Source: Nitrospira sp. (GTDB taxonomy: Bacteria; Nitrospirota; Nitrospiria; Nitrospirales; Nitrospiraceae). Taken from it: a DNA stretch of 64,000 nt. The notes beneath the pieces were generated by a model that was not told where the DNA came from, ran no database searches, and was given only the letters and a program-made list of their open reading frames with translations. Location: NCBI GenBank assembly GCA_047150005.1, contig AP038806.1, positions 1,600,001 to 1,664,000 of the forward strand, read 5' to 3'. Below are positions 10,500 to 19,987 of the stretch, piece by piece (the stretch's first letter is position 1; every line of letters begins with the position of its first letter). A program made the position numbers and the translations under genes.

Positions 10500-10723
10500 G
10501 GCGGCAGACGGAACGTCGCGATCCGCGCGCGAGACCGATCGCGCCCCCTCATTGGTCAGGGTCAAGATCCGCTGCTTCTCGCTCATGGCCTCGATAGCCT
10601 GGATGTTTGAGAAGGGCGACCATCCCCATCGCCAATAGTGGAAGCCGGTGCTTCTCTCCGCTCTCGGAGGAAGTCTTCATGGTCTTGTGGCGACGGAGGG
10701 AGCTTATCTGGTTGGCGGAGCGC

Positions 10724-11287
10724 TCAGCGTGCGGATTCCGTCCCGGCCTCGTCCATCCGGGAGCGTTCGTCATAGGCCAGACGGTAACCGGCTCGTTCCA
10801 GCGCACCGCGGAGATTGTTCATCACGGCCGGGCTGTCCGAATGGGGCATGACCTTGACCTCAGGAGCAGCGGACAGACTGGCGACAAGGGCGTCTGCCTC
10901 TGAGGCCGCCAACCGATCACCGACCGCGTAGAGGCCGTCAGATCCTTCCTCCATCCTATTGTGCGCGCACAAGATGGCGCGGATCGTGGCGAGAATCGCC
11001 GGCGTGGGAGTGGGCATCAGCAGGGCGGCAAGGGCGCCGTGATCGAGGCGGAGCTTGGCGGAATGGGGATACGGCACGCCTCCCTGCAGGCGTTGAAGAG
11101 CGGGTATCAGAATCTTTTCCTCCATCCCGATATGCCGCAACAGACCGGCGCGGAATTGGTCGTACGCCACACCGTCAATCACTTGGAGATCAGCCGTGGC
11201 CACTTGAAATAATGCATCGAGCCGTCTGTGGTCATCCCGCAGCGCGCGTGTCAGAGGTCCTTCCTTCCTGTCGTCCAGTTGCCCCAT
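10724..11287 (-). CDS. Hemerythrin-like (HHE) domain protein
   Basis: DHRRLD, LLRHIGMEEKIL, LRLDH, HNRMEE. Confidence 0.78.
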   Translation of the reverse strand: MGQLDDRKEGPLTRALRDDHRRLDALFQVATADLQVIDGVAYDQFRAGLLRHIGMEEKILIPALQRLQGGVPYPHSAKLRLDHGALAALLMPTPTPAILATIRAILCAHNRMEEGSDGLYAVGDRLAASEADALVASLSAAPEVKVMPHSDSPAVMNNLRGALERAGYRLAYDERSRMDEAGTESAR

Positions 11288-11440
11288 CCGGTTCTTCACC
11301 AGGCTCAACTTGCTGAGCGTGAACTCCTCCAGAATTCTGCTACAGTTCCGGCATGCAGATGGTCGCCTTAATCCCCAGGGGAGGAGCAAGCCGCGGCCGA
11401 ACCCACCGATACTCCGCCAAGCCTGCTGGTCACCTTCTGG

Positions 11441-11878
11441 TTACGGCCAATACTTGGCCGTTGCCTTCACATACCCGAATACGATGTCGCGGCGGGCCAC
11501 GATACCGATGAGGGTCTTCCCTCTCACGACCGGCACCCGAATCAAATGACGTTCTTGCAATAGGTGGATCAGGTCTTTGACCGGCAGGTCCTCCGTGACT
11601 GTGACGACATCACGAGTCATCACATCCGCAGCCGTTATCGTGCGGATATCCTTGGCTTGATCCATTGCTCCCAACAGATCGAACTCACTGACGAGACCGA
11701 CCAGAGTCCGATCCTCCTCGACGACCGGAACGCTGCCGAAATTTCCCTCTGCGAGCAGCTCTGCAACGGTTCGAGCATTGGTCTGCGGGCCGACCGTGAC
11801 GACGACGTCCTGCATCAGCTGAGGGACGGTCAAGGTTCCGGGATCACGAGCATTAGCGAAATACTCCGTTCTTCTCAT
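11441..11878 (-). CDS. CBS domain pair protein
   Basis: VPVVEEDRTLVGLVSEFDL, RVPVVRGKTLIGIVARRDI. Confidence 0.9.
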   Translation of the reverse strand: MRRTEYFANARDPGTLTVPQLMQDVVVTVGPQTNARTVAELLAEGNFGSVPVVEEDRTLVGLVSEFDLLGAMDQAKDIRTITAADVMTRDVVTVTEDLPVKDLIHLLQERHLIRVPVVRGKTLIGIVARRDIVFGYVKATAKYWP

Positions 11879-11971
11879 CGGGCCCTCCTTTCCGTCCTTC
11901 ACGACAGTGCCCTGCGGGATGAACACACACCTCATCCGTCAAATGAGGCAAGCGGAATGCCAGCAGATCCT

Positions 11972-12478
11972 CTATTCCTCCCAGAAGAACTTCTCCCAAT
12001 CCACGGTCTTGTCCCACCACTGCCGATGTCGTTTCACGTCATGGAGCGCCGGTGGGGTGACTGCATAGCAGAGATCCCAAATCGCATCGGCGGCTTGGGC
12101 GCTGATGGATCCCTCGCGGGCTTCCAGCATATCCATGAAATGATTCATCGCCGCGTAGGTCCCTTTCCAGTCGCCCCGGTTGTAGAGACTTCGCACCAAT
12201 TCGACCTGGCCGAGGTAAGGATCGAATGATGCCGCCTCGCCCTTGGCCGAAGCGATCCCCGCCTGCACGATGACAAATCCGGTCAATTGCTCCTCCCAGC
12301 CTTCGAACCCGCTGTACATCGCAACCACTGTGTCGACTCTCCACGTGATATCACTGTGTCGATCCGCCCACTTCTCCTGGCCCCTGTACCGGGCATTGGC
12401 GATCCATGGGATCAGCGACACGACGCACACACAGAGCATGAAGGCGATCGCCTTTCGGGAAATCATAACCTGGTTCAT
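11972..12478 (-). CDS. Exported hypothetical helical protein (paralog of 14629..15054)
   Basis: Signal or TM segment; shared YAAMNHFMDMLExRE...DxCYxVTPxxxHDVxRH. Confidence 0.75.
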   Translation of the reverse strand: MNQVMISRKAIAFMLCVCVVSLIPWIANARYRGQEKWADRHSDITWRVDTVVAMYSGFEGWEEQLTGFVIVQAGIASAKGEAASFDPYLGQVELVRSLYNRGDWKGTYAAMNHFMDMLEAREGSISAQAADAIWDLCYAVTPPALHDVKRHRQWWDKTVDWEKFFWEE

Positions 12479-12497
12479 GATTCTCCTCGCTCTCTCG

Positions 12498-12962
12498 TCA
12501 AGGCACCACCAGGATTCTGCTCCGCAAGGCCTCCTCGGCCCCGTGCAACGGACAGAAGAAGGGACAGGTTTGAGTGCCTGACGCGTCCGTTTCAGGCTCA
12601 ACTTTCAACTGTTCCGTGCTGACCCGGACCCGCACGGTCTCCCCCGGGGCGACATAGACCCGCAGCGGTTTCACGGTCGGGGTCTTGGTTCCCTCCGCAA
12701 TCTCCTCAAACAGTCCCGGGGCTTCAAACACGTGGGTGCGGCTCGTCGGGTTCTCCAGGATGAAGATGAGTCCTCCTTTGAGATCCGTGCGCTTGTGAAT
12801 GATCACCTCACGCGGGGACCAGGCTGCCGCATCGTTTTCCAGATCAAGGATGACAAAGTGGAACTCTCCACCGACACCCCATGAAGGCATCAAACAGCTC
12901 TGGGCGACCAGCAAGAGGAAGCTCAGGCTCGATACGGATAATCTACCGCGAACGCTCTTCAT
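12498..12962 (-). CDS. Exported cupredoxin-like protein (paralog of 13007..13459)
   Basis: Signal peptide; LENPTSRTHVF ... FFCPLH. Confidence 0.68.
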   Translation of the reverse strand: MKSVRGRLSVSSLSFLLLVAQSCLMPSWGVGGEFHFVILDLENDAAAWSPREVIIHKRTDLKGGLIFILENPTSRTHVFEAPGLFEEIAEGTKTPTVKPLRVYVAPGETVRVRVSTEQLKVEPETDASGTQTCPFFCPLHGAEEALRSRILVVP

Positions 12963-13006
12963 GCTGTTCCTTCCTTGATTCCCGGTCGGACCCGTACTGA
13001 TCGAAA

Positions 13007-13459
13007 CTATGGGACGACGCGGATCGTCCCGCCCAGATGAGCATCCCCTTTGTGAAGGGGGCAGAAAAATGGAAACTCTTCAACCGTCTCATCGATACGT
13101 TTCTCAAATTGCGCCGTGTTGATCTGCACGCGGACCGTGTCCTCCTCCGTCACGTTCACCCGTAGCGGCTTTCTGGTGAGGTCCCCGCCCGTGCCGGTTA
13201 CTTCTTCGAACAGCCCGATAGCGGCAAAGGCATGGGTGCGATCCGTCGGATTTTCTAAGACGAACACCAGACCATCCTGCGTCTCTGTACTGCGGTGGAT
13301 GACCACGTCCTGCGGCACCCACACGGCGCGTTTCTCTCCGATGTCTCGCACCACGAAGTGAAACTCCGCAGCCCGAACCGGGCTCCAGAGAAGCAGAGCG
13401 CCGAACAGGGCTGCGGTCGCCAAACGCTCCGACCGGAGGTATGGCCTTGGACGTCTCAC
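13007..13459 (-). CDS. Exported cupredoxin / nitrosocyanin-like protein
   Basis: Signal peptide (VRA-A); ENPTDRTHAF; C-terminal CPLHKGDAHLGGTIRV (C-x2-H-x4-H). Confidence 0.7.
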   Translation of the reverse strand: MRRPRPYLRSERLATAALFGALLLWSPVRAAEFHFVVRDIGEKRAVWVPQDVVIHRSTETQDGLVFVLENPTDRTHAFAAIGLFEEVTGTGGDLTRKPLRVNVTEEDTVRVQINTAQFEKRIDETVEEFPFFCPLHKGDAHLGGTIRVVP

Positions 13460-13495
13460 GGCACGACACCTTCCGCCTCAGGATGGACGACGCGA

Positions 13496-13996
13496 TCAGC
13501 CGCCGCCGATTTCACCCTTGGTCTCGACGATGTACAGCTCCCCCCTGACTTCAGGGTGAATGTCGCACCAGATCGCATACCGGACGGTCTCCGCGATCCC
13601 CGTCGCAGGATCGCTCTTCGATGGCATGGTGGAGAAGTGGAGCGTCATCGTCTTTCCCGGATCCAAGTGATAGGACTTCACTTTTTTCCCTTCCAGCAGA
13701 ACTCCGTCACCTTCCATGCGAACCGGCACCTCTTTGAACAGTTTCGCGGCAAACCCATGGGTCACGCTGTCCAGGTTCCGGACAACAATCGTGGTATCCT
13801 GTGATGGCGTGGTGAAGCCCACGGTGGCATACCCATGGTCCCGATCCTTAATCGTGATCTCAACCTTCGAGGGCGCTCCTCCCATTCCCTTTGCCTGCGC
13901 ATAGGCGCTCTCTGTTCCCATCCCCAGCAACGTGATCGCCGCCACGGCAAAAGGAAGTGCCAACAATGTGATGGTATGTCCTCTGATCTCCATCAT
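13496..13996 (-). CDS. Exported cupredoxin-like protein
   Basis: Signal (AYA-Q); VRNLDSVTHGF ... IWCDIHPEVRGE. Confidence 0.72.
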   Translation of the reverse strand: MMEIRGHTITLLALPFAVAAITLLGMGTESAYAQAKGMGGAPSKVEITIKDRDHGYATVGFTTPSQDTTIVVRNLDSVTHGFAAKLFKEVPVRMEGDGVLLEGKKVKSYHLDPGKTMTLHFSTMPSKSDPATGIAETVRYAIWCDIHPEVRGELYIVETKGEIGGG

Positions 13997-14119
13997 CTGC
14001 CTCCTTGGTTCTCACGTGAACTGCTCACTTCCTCTTCCTACGACACACTTTCCGACACGTTTGCGGTTGTCACTGCAATTCTCCAACCTCACCTCCTCTC
14101 CTTTGAAGGGACGATCCAT

Positions 14120-14596
14120 TTAACCTCGACGCTCGATGATGAACAATTCTCCCTTCACATCCGGATGCATGTCGCACCAGATGACATGGCGAACAAGGGG
14201 ACTCGCCATCGTGAGCGGGGCCGTCGCCGAGCCCTTGGTGAAATGGAGCGTCATGGTTTTCCCCGGGTCTACGCGGAACGCAGCACCCTCTTTTCCCGCA
14301 GCTTGATACCCGTCCCCTTCAAGACGGACAGGTGTGTCCTTGAACAGGGGGGAAAAGAATCCATGCGTCACCCCATCTTCGTTGCGAACCACAATAGCTG
14401 TCGGATTCCCCTCTCGCCCATAGCCGGTGACATGAAACTCCATCTTCTTGATGGTCACTTGGATCGTCAGTTCCGGAAGTTCCTGTCCTGCCGCGGCCGT
14501 GTCGCTCACGGTCATTCCCGGGCTTGGCGGCAGGCCCAGGACCAATGCGGCAGAGCACAACGCCGCCGTCATCACATCACTTCTGATCGTTCTCAC
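14120..14596 (-). CDS. Exported cupredoxin-like protein (paralog of 13496..13996)
   Basis: VRNEDGVTHGF ... IWCDMHPDVKGE; start uncertain. Confidence 0.72.
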   Translation of the reverse strand: MRTIRSDVMTAALCSAALVLGLPPSPGMTVSDTAAAGQELPELTIQVTIKKMEFHVTGYGREGNPTAIVVRNEDGVTHGFFSPLFKDTPVRLEGDGYQAAGKEGAAFRVDPGKTMTLHFTKGSATAPLTMASPLVRHVIWCDMHPDVKGELFIIERRG

Positions 14597-14628
14597 AGCG
14601 CACCTCCCTTTCTCGAACACCGGTCAGT

Positions 14629-15054
14629 TCAGCCGGCAATTCCTCCGAACTGATGATCGAGGAACCGGTCGATGTGGCGGGACACGTCGTGGTACTTCGC
14701 CGGCGTCACGAGATAGCAATAATCGAACAGCCGATCCGCCACCTCCGATGGAATATCGTTCTCCCGACGTTCGAGCATATCCATGAAGTGATTCATCGCT
14801 GCATAAACCCCATCTATATCTCCACTCTCGTAATAAGCCCGGACGACATCGAGCTGCACGACATACGGCTCATACGTGCCCCAGAACGGCCCCTCGTTCA
14901 TTTGTTCGATGCGAACAGCGCTCATCATCGCATCCAGCCAATCGGCTTGGACTGCCGGAGCGACCATCGGCCCTCCCACTGCCACCACCAACAAGCCTGT
15001 CAGCGCCAGCAGGATCGCTGCCGTTCGCCTGATATCTTCGCTGATGCACATCAC
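14629..15054 (-). CDS. Exported hypothetical helical protein
   Basis: Signal (VQA-D); YAAMNHFMDMLERRE...DYCYLVTPAKYHDVSRH. Confidence 0.75.
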   Translation of the reverse strand: MMCISEDIRRTAAILLALTGLLVVAVGGPMVAPAVQADWLDAMMSAVRIEQMNEGPFWGTYEPYVVQLDVVRAYYESGDIDGVYAAMNHFMDMLERRENDIPSEVADRLFDYCYLVTPAKYHDVSRHIDRFLDHQFGGIAG

Positions 15055-15287
15055 GCACCTCCGACCGACTCTTCCCCCTTCTCATTTCGACACCCCCTGA
15101 CGCATGCCTCTGTGAGGATCCGACGTCACGTTTACAGCCTAATCAGTCTCGCCCTTGCGAACAATGAATCAGCCGCATCATTTTTGGGATGATGCGGAGG
15201 CATCAGAACGGAGAGCGCATGCTGCTAGAGGAGATCAAGAGCGATCGGATATCCGATGGGAAGCGCCCGAGTTCAGGCGACTCGTGA

Positions 15288-15980
15288 CTAGGAAGACGAC
15301 ATTGGGTGATGGAATGCGACTGCAAGGGCTTCGACGCGACTATGCGCGCCGAGTTTGTCGAAGATGTGCTGGATATGGTTGCGCACGGTGACGGTGCTGA
15401 TGCAGAGCGCGTCGGCGATACGGGCGGTACGCTCGCCCTGTGCGAGATGCTGCAACACCTCACGCTCTCGGCGGCTCAAGGGCAAGGAGGGCGGAATGTC
15501 GGGAGCCTCATTTAAGAAAGAGGCCGGAGCGCGCGCGGGCTGTGCTTCGGCAACTTGCCCGCCGAGGGATGACAGAACGGATTGCAATTCGTTGACGAGG
15601 CGCCTCACTTTCGCCTGTTTCCCGATATCCCTGAACAGATGGGCAAACAGGAACCGCTCCTGTTTCCTGGAGGGAATCGGAAGGGAGCTGACATTCAGCC
15701 AGACAGGCTTCCCGGATTTGGTGGAAGTCTGGATATCGAAGTTCCGAACCCCGCCTCCACAACCGAGCCGGTGTCCGACGAGACATGATGCGGAACAGAA
15801 GGGGTGGCCTGAGAGCGTTTCGCCCCGCATCACCTCATGGCAGTCGCGACCGATAACCTCCCGCGCACGAAATCCCAACAGTCGCTCGGCGGCCTTGTTC
15901 CACAAGACCACCTTGCCGTCTTCGTTCACCAGCAAGGCGCCATCGGCCGTGCGGTTGAGCATGTCGATGAGGGATTTCAT
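15288..15980 (-). CDS. PAS domain + LuxR-type HTH transcriptional regulator
   Basis: VLWNKAAERLLG PAS; LSRREREVL...TVRNHIQHIFDKLG HTH. Confidence 0.9.
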   Translation of the reverse strand: MKSLIDMLNRTADGALLVNEDGKVVLWNKAAERLLGFRAREVIGRDCHEVMRGETLSGHPFCSASCLVGHRLGCGGGVRNFDIQTSTKSGKPVWLNVSSLPIPSRKQERFLFAHLFRDIGKQAKVRRLVNELQSVLSSLGGQVAEAQPARAPASFLNEAPDIPPSLPLSRREREVLQHLAQGERTARIADALCISTVTVRNHIQHIFDKLGAHSRVEALAVAFHHPMSSS

Positions 15981-16484
15981 CTGTGCTTTTCCAACCAGGC
16001 ATCGCACTGACGGAAGGGCTCAGCCGCCGCGAAAGGCAACGGTCCGCTTCCCACAGCGGGCATGCTCGAGTCCGGCCACTCGGTGCCTGCCTTCTGGGAG
16101 CTCAGGCTGACGCGGTGCAACTGCGGTGCCTTGGCCATGCGGCAGCGGTAGGGTCGACGTCGTTGTTCACTCCACGGACCGCAGATAACAACAGAGCCAG
16201 AAGAGCGGGGAAATTGATGATGCCGCCGAGCTTATCGGTCGGCCATCCCCGTCGCGATCCTGTGAGCAACCGGCATCAGCTCTGTCCCATATGGCTACAT
16301 ACGCACGGGCATGGCCGGGGAGCGATGCCACGGTTGGAGTCCCCGCATCACGGACAAGGCCCTTGCCCCGATACTGAAAAGGCGGCACCGACCCGCGACG
16401 AGATTGGTCCCAAAGCCCACCCTAGGGTGTTTACTAGTTATTCCGTCCTGTCGGACGCGCTATGTGTAACGGCCAGCCTACGGC

Positions 16485-17075
16485 ATGATCTGCGTGACCG
16501 GGAGGGAAGACGCCATGGCCATGTATGTGTCGACATGGGACAAGCAAGCGTTGTCATCTTCGGCCTTACAACTCCACCCCGGACTTCGCTGGCGAGCGTT
16601 GATCGTGGACGGTCATGCGGCGATTCGCGAGATGGTGCGGATCATCCTGGAGCCATACGAGGATCTCATCGAAGTCGTCGCGGACGCCTCCGACGGCGAG
16701 AGCGCCATCGACCAGGCGGTCCTTCACAAGGTTGATCTCGTGCTGATGGACGTCAACCTGATCTCTCCGAGCGGTGTGGACACCACACGTTGCCTCAAAC
16801 AATCGATGCCGCATGTGGTGATTCTGGGCCTGTCGGCGGACTATACTCCCCACATCTACAACTCGATGATCGCCGCCGGCGCCGTCGCGTTCGTGCGCAA
16901 GCAAGATGCGGTGGACATACTGTTTAGGACCATCGTGTATGCGATGTTCCACTATTGCCGCCCGTGTGAACAGGATCAGGTACTCGGGAGTACCGCGCCG
17001 GCCTGTTTCGACAACGGGAGCCAGGCAGCCGTCCGAGTCCCCGTTCCCCGGACGTCCCCTCTTCCACGCTTCTGA
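16485..17075 (+). CDS. Stand-alone response regulator receiver protein
   Basis: LIVDGH, LVLMDVNL, SGVDTTR, AGAVAFVRK; no recognisable output domain; start uncertain. Confidence 0.75.
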   Translation: MICVTGREDAMAMYVSTWDKQALSSSALQLHPGLRWRALIVDGHAAIREMVRIILEPYEDLIEVVADASDGESAIDQAVLHKVDLVLMDVNLISPSGVDTTRCLKQSMPHVVILGLSADYTPHIYNSMIAAGAVAFVRKQDAVDILFRTIVYAMFHYCRPCEQDQVLGSTAPACFDNGSQAAVRVPVPRTSPLPRF

Positions 17076-17252
17076 ATCACTTCGTCAAACCGGCTCCGAG
17101 CCGTCCGTTTCAGCCGCCGGCCCGGATGACGCGCGCAGGCGAGGCGATCGACGCGCCTGGCCCGGCGTCAAGGTTCGTCCCGCCGAAAGACGAGCAATGG
17201 TCCATGCCGCGGATTTGTGCGGAGGGACTCTCATCGGCGGACGGTGGTGAGG

Positions 17253-17912
17253 ATGTTTCGCGACCGTGACGACGCCGGAGACCGTCTTGCGCAGCGGCTG
17301 CTCACCTATCGAGACAGTCCTGATGGCATGGTTCTGGCGCTGCCTCGCGGCGGCGTGGTGGTGGGCTACCGGCTGAGCCTCGTGCTTCACTTTTCGCTCG
17401 ATGTCTTCATCGCCTGCAAACTGGGTTCGCCGGAGAACCCCGAATATGCCCTGGGTGCGGTCACCGAGGTGGGCAATCTCTATGTGAACCCCCTGAATGC
17501 CGGTGATCACGGGTCGTTGCCGGAATTGATCGAGGCCCTGGCGGCCGAGAAGAGAGCCGAAATCCTCCGCCGCCAGCGGCTGTACCGGCAGGGACGCCGT
17601 CCCATGGATCCCAACCGGCGGCTGGTCATTCTGGTGGACGACGGGATTGCCACGGGGGCGACGTTTCTGTCGGCGGTGGAGGCGCTTCGGGCTCAGGCAC
17701 CGAGGCGACTCATTGCCGCGCTACCGGTCGGCCCGGTGGAGACGGTCGAACACGTTCGAAGCCTCGTGGATGAATTGATGGTGCTGGCCTGCCCGGAGCC
17801 GTTTTGGTCGGTCGGCACGCACTATGCAGACTTTTCGCAGGTCAGCGATCACGAAGTCCTGACCTGCCTCGAGCTGGCGAACAGAGGGCGCGACGGGACG
17901 GATCAGGCATAG
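17253..17912 (+). CDS. Phosphoribosyltransferase family protein
   Basis: FRDRDDAG, LALPRGGV, ILVDDGIATGAT PRPP loop. Confidence 0.88.
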   Translation: MFRDRDDAGDRLAQRLLTYRDSPDGMVLALPRGGVVVGYRLSLVLHFSLDVFIACKLGSPENPEYALGAVTEVGNLYVNPLNAGDHGSLPELIEALAAEKRAEILRRQRLYRQGRRPMDPNRRLVILVDDGIATGATFLSAVEALRAQAPRRLIAALPVGPVETVEHVRSLVDELMVLACPEPFWSVGTHYADFSQVSDHEVLTCLELANRGRDGTDQA

Positions 17913-17946
17913 CCTACGGTTCACAAGGCCTGCGAAGGATGGTCAT

Positions 17947-18804
17947 ATGAAAGTCGTCATCGGTGTCGATTGGTCGGAGGATGCCTTCACAGCTGTTCAG
18001 CAGGTCTTTCAGCTGTACCGCCCTACGGAGGTCGCGCTCGCGCATGGGATCGACCTAGGCATCTTCGACTATCCGATGCTGGCCCAAGCGGCGAGCATCC
18101 AGGGGTATGAAGACTTCGTTGGCGCCCTGACGGACGCCGGTCGGCAGGTCTTGGATCGCGCCGCGGGCTTGCTGCCGGCCGGGTTCGGAGCGGTGAAGAA
18201 GATCAACGAGGTGGGCCATCCGGTTGAACTGATCCACCGGTCGGCGAAAACCGTGCAGGCCGATCTCGTGGTGGTCGGCGCGCGGGGTCGCTCGCGATTG
18301 GCTGAAGTCTTCCTGGGAAGCGTGTCTCATCGCGTCGCCATGCAGGCCGACCGTGCCACGTTGATCGTCAAGGGCGCGATGAAGCCGGTACGGCGGGTGT
18401 TGGTCGCGGTGGAAGGACAGGACGACGGAATTCGCATTGCGCGCTGGCTCACGGCCTACCCGTTCTCGCATCCGGTCGAGGTCTGCGTGTTGAACGTGCT
18501 GGCGCCTGTCGGTCCGGCGGACCCCTACGACAGCGCGGCCTTTCACGAGTGGTCGGCGGCGGCGAAAACCGCCGCGGAAGATGCGGTCAAAACTGCGGGG
18601 GCTGCCCTCCTATCCACGCACTACACGGTCAGCACGAGTGTCGTGACCGGAGATGTGGCGGCGGCCGTCGCCGCGGAGGCGAAAGACCGGGACCTTGTCG
18701 TGGTCGCCTCCCATGGGCGTCACGGCGTCGATCGACTGCTGATGGGGAGCGTCTCGCACGCGATCCTGCACCGCGTTGCCGGTTCTGTACTGGTTGTCCG
18801 CTGA
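17947..18804 (+). CDS. Universal stress protein (tandem USP domains)
   Basis: Two G-x2-G-x9-GSVS motifs (GARGRSRLAEVFLGSVS; ASHGRHGVDRLLMGSVS). Confidence 0.9.
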   Translation: MKVVIGVDWSEDAFTAVQQVFQLYRPTEVALAHGIDLGIFDYPMLAQAASIQGYEDFVGALTDAGRQVLDRAAGLLPAGFGAVKKINEVGHPVELIHRSAKTVQADLVVVGARGRSRLAEVFLGSVSHRVAMQADRATLIVKGAMKPVRRVLVAVEGQDDGIRIARWLTAYPFSHPVEVCVLNVLAPVGPADPYDSAAFHEWSAAAKTAAEDAVKTAGAALLSTHYTVSTSVVTGDVAAAVAAEAKDRDLVVVASHGRHGVDRLLMGSVSHAILHRVAGSVLVVR

Positions 18805-18890
18805 GGCGGCGCAGGCTTCGGGAGACGCATCAGCACCGAGTCTGCTGAGACCGGACTCGGCGGGTTCTGCCGGGGTTCGGCGACAGCGGC

Positions 18891-19162
18891 TAGCCCACAT
18901 TATTCATGACGGTTCGTGACGAAACCGCCAAGACGCCAGGCGAGACCGGCACGCGGAGCCACGAGGAAGGAAGGCATACTTGACGCAGTATGTCGACCGA
19001 CCGAGCGGCGAGCCTGCCATACCGCACTTCGTGTGAGCCGGCGGCTCATCGGGCGCAGCCCATCTTCATGGTCGCCGCCGGAGAGACACCTTCGTCCCCC
19101 CAAGCCTGTCGCAGCGGCGTATCGGCGGTTGCAGTAGAAGCGTTCATGAATAATGTGGGCTA
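18891..19162. mobile_element. Non-autonomous MITE-like element, copy 1
   Basis: TA + GCCCACATTATTCATGA ... TCATGAATAATGTGGGC + TA; homologous to 53851-54110. Confidence 0.8.
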
Positions 19163-19546
19163 GGGAAGGGTCTTGAGCCAGGCCAGAATGTCGGCCAGTT
19201 GCCCATCGGTGATCGAACCCTTCAAAGGCGGCATCATATGCCGTCCTTCGTGCACGATCTTTCGGAAGGCCTGCTCATTCGACAGCAGGGGGTTGCCCGC
19301 CAAACGGGGACCAATGTTTCCCTCCGCTTTCGCGCCGTGGCACACGATGCAACTGGCACCGTACAGCTCCTTTCCCCGAGGGGCGTCTCCGGCGGAAGAC
19401 CCTGAGACGGTCCCGGCCACACGGTGCCTGTCGCTATCTTGAAGGCCGCCATCGTTCGCCAGCGAGACGTTGCCGTGCGCGACGATGGCCGTCGCCATGA
19501 AGCTCAGTGATAGGATTAAGGCTCTCGGTACCCGGTGAATCGACAT
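19160..19546 (-). CDS. Monoheme cytochrome c
   Basis: Signal peptide, CIVCH, MMPP axial Met region. Confidence 0.85.
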   Translation of the reverse strand: MSIHRVPRALILSLSFMATAIVAHGNVSLANDGGLQDSDRHRVAGTVSGSSAGDAPRGKELYGASCIVCHGAKAEGNIGPRLAGNPLLSNEQAFRKIVHEGRHMMPPLKGSITDGQLADILAWLKTLP

Positions 19547-19587
19547 ACTGGCGATTGTCCTCTCCTGCATTTTCCGAATCAAGCCGA

Positions 19588-19872
19588 TCACCGGGATGTT
19601 GCGGCACCTTCCTGCCGGAGCAGCGCCAGGAAGGCCAACGTATCGGCAAGTTCCTGATCGGTTAAGGAGCAAGCTCCTTTCCCGTTGAACACCGCCCTTT
19701 CAGCCTCCACATGATTCCGCTGTTTGCCTGTGGACTCTCCGGAAGCGGGTTGCACCGGAACGAGGCAGAGGACCGCTCCGCCCAACAGGAGCAGTCGGAT
19801 CCACATATTGGCCCGCTGCAACCGGTGCGGTAATCCATCGATCAAGGTGTTTCCCGCTTCCTTCCGCGTCAT
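19588..19872 (-). pseudogene. Cytochrome c with an internal deletion removing the heme site
   Basis: Signal peptide, then VFNGKGAC joined directly to SLTDQELADTLAFL; compare LYNGKGTCFNCH...LSDEEIW at 26700. Confidence 0.65.
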
Positions 19873-19987
19873 GAGATCCCCTCCCTCAGGCGAGAGCGCC
19901 GCCGCCGTTGTGTTTATATTATGGTAGCTGCCTCGTCGCAGATGTTGCGCTGCTCCTGCAACGGTCGTCGCGTCGAGCTCATCGGTC

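Noticed and set aside
18900..19137. Small ORFs inside the MITEs (also 53850-54095)
   Set aside because: No transposase motifs, and frames are not conserved through the variable interior
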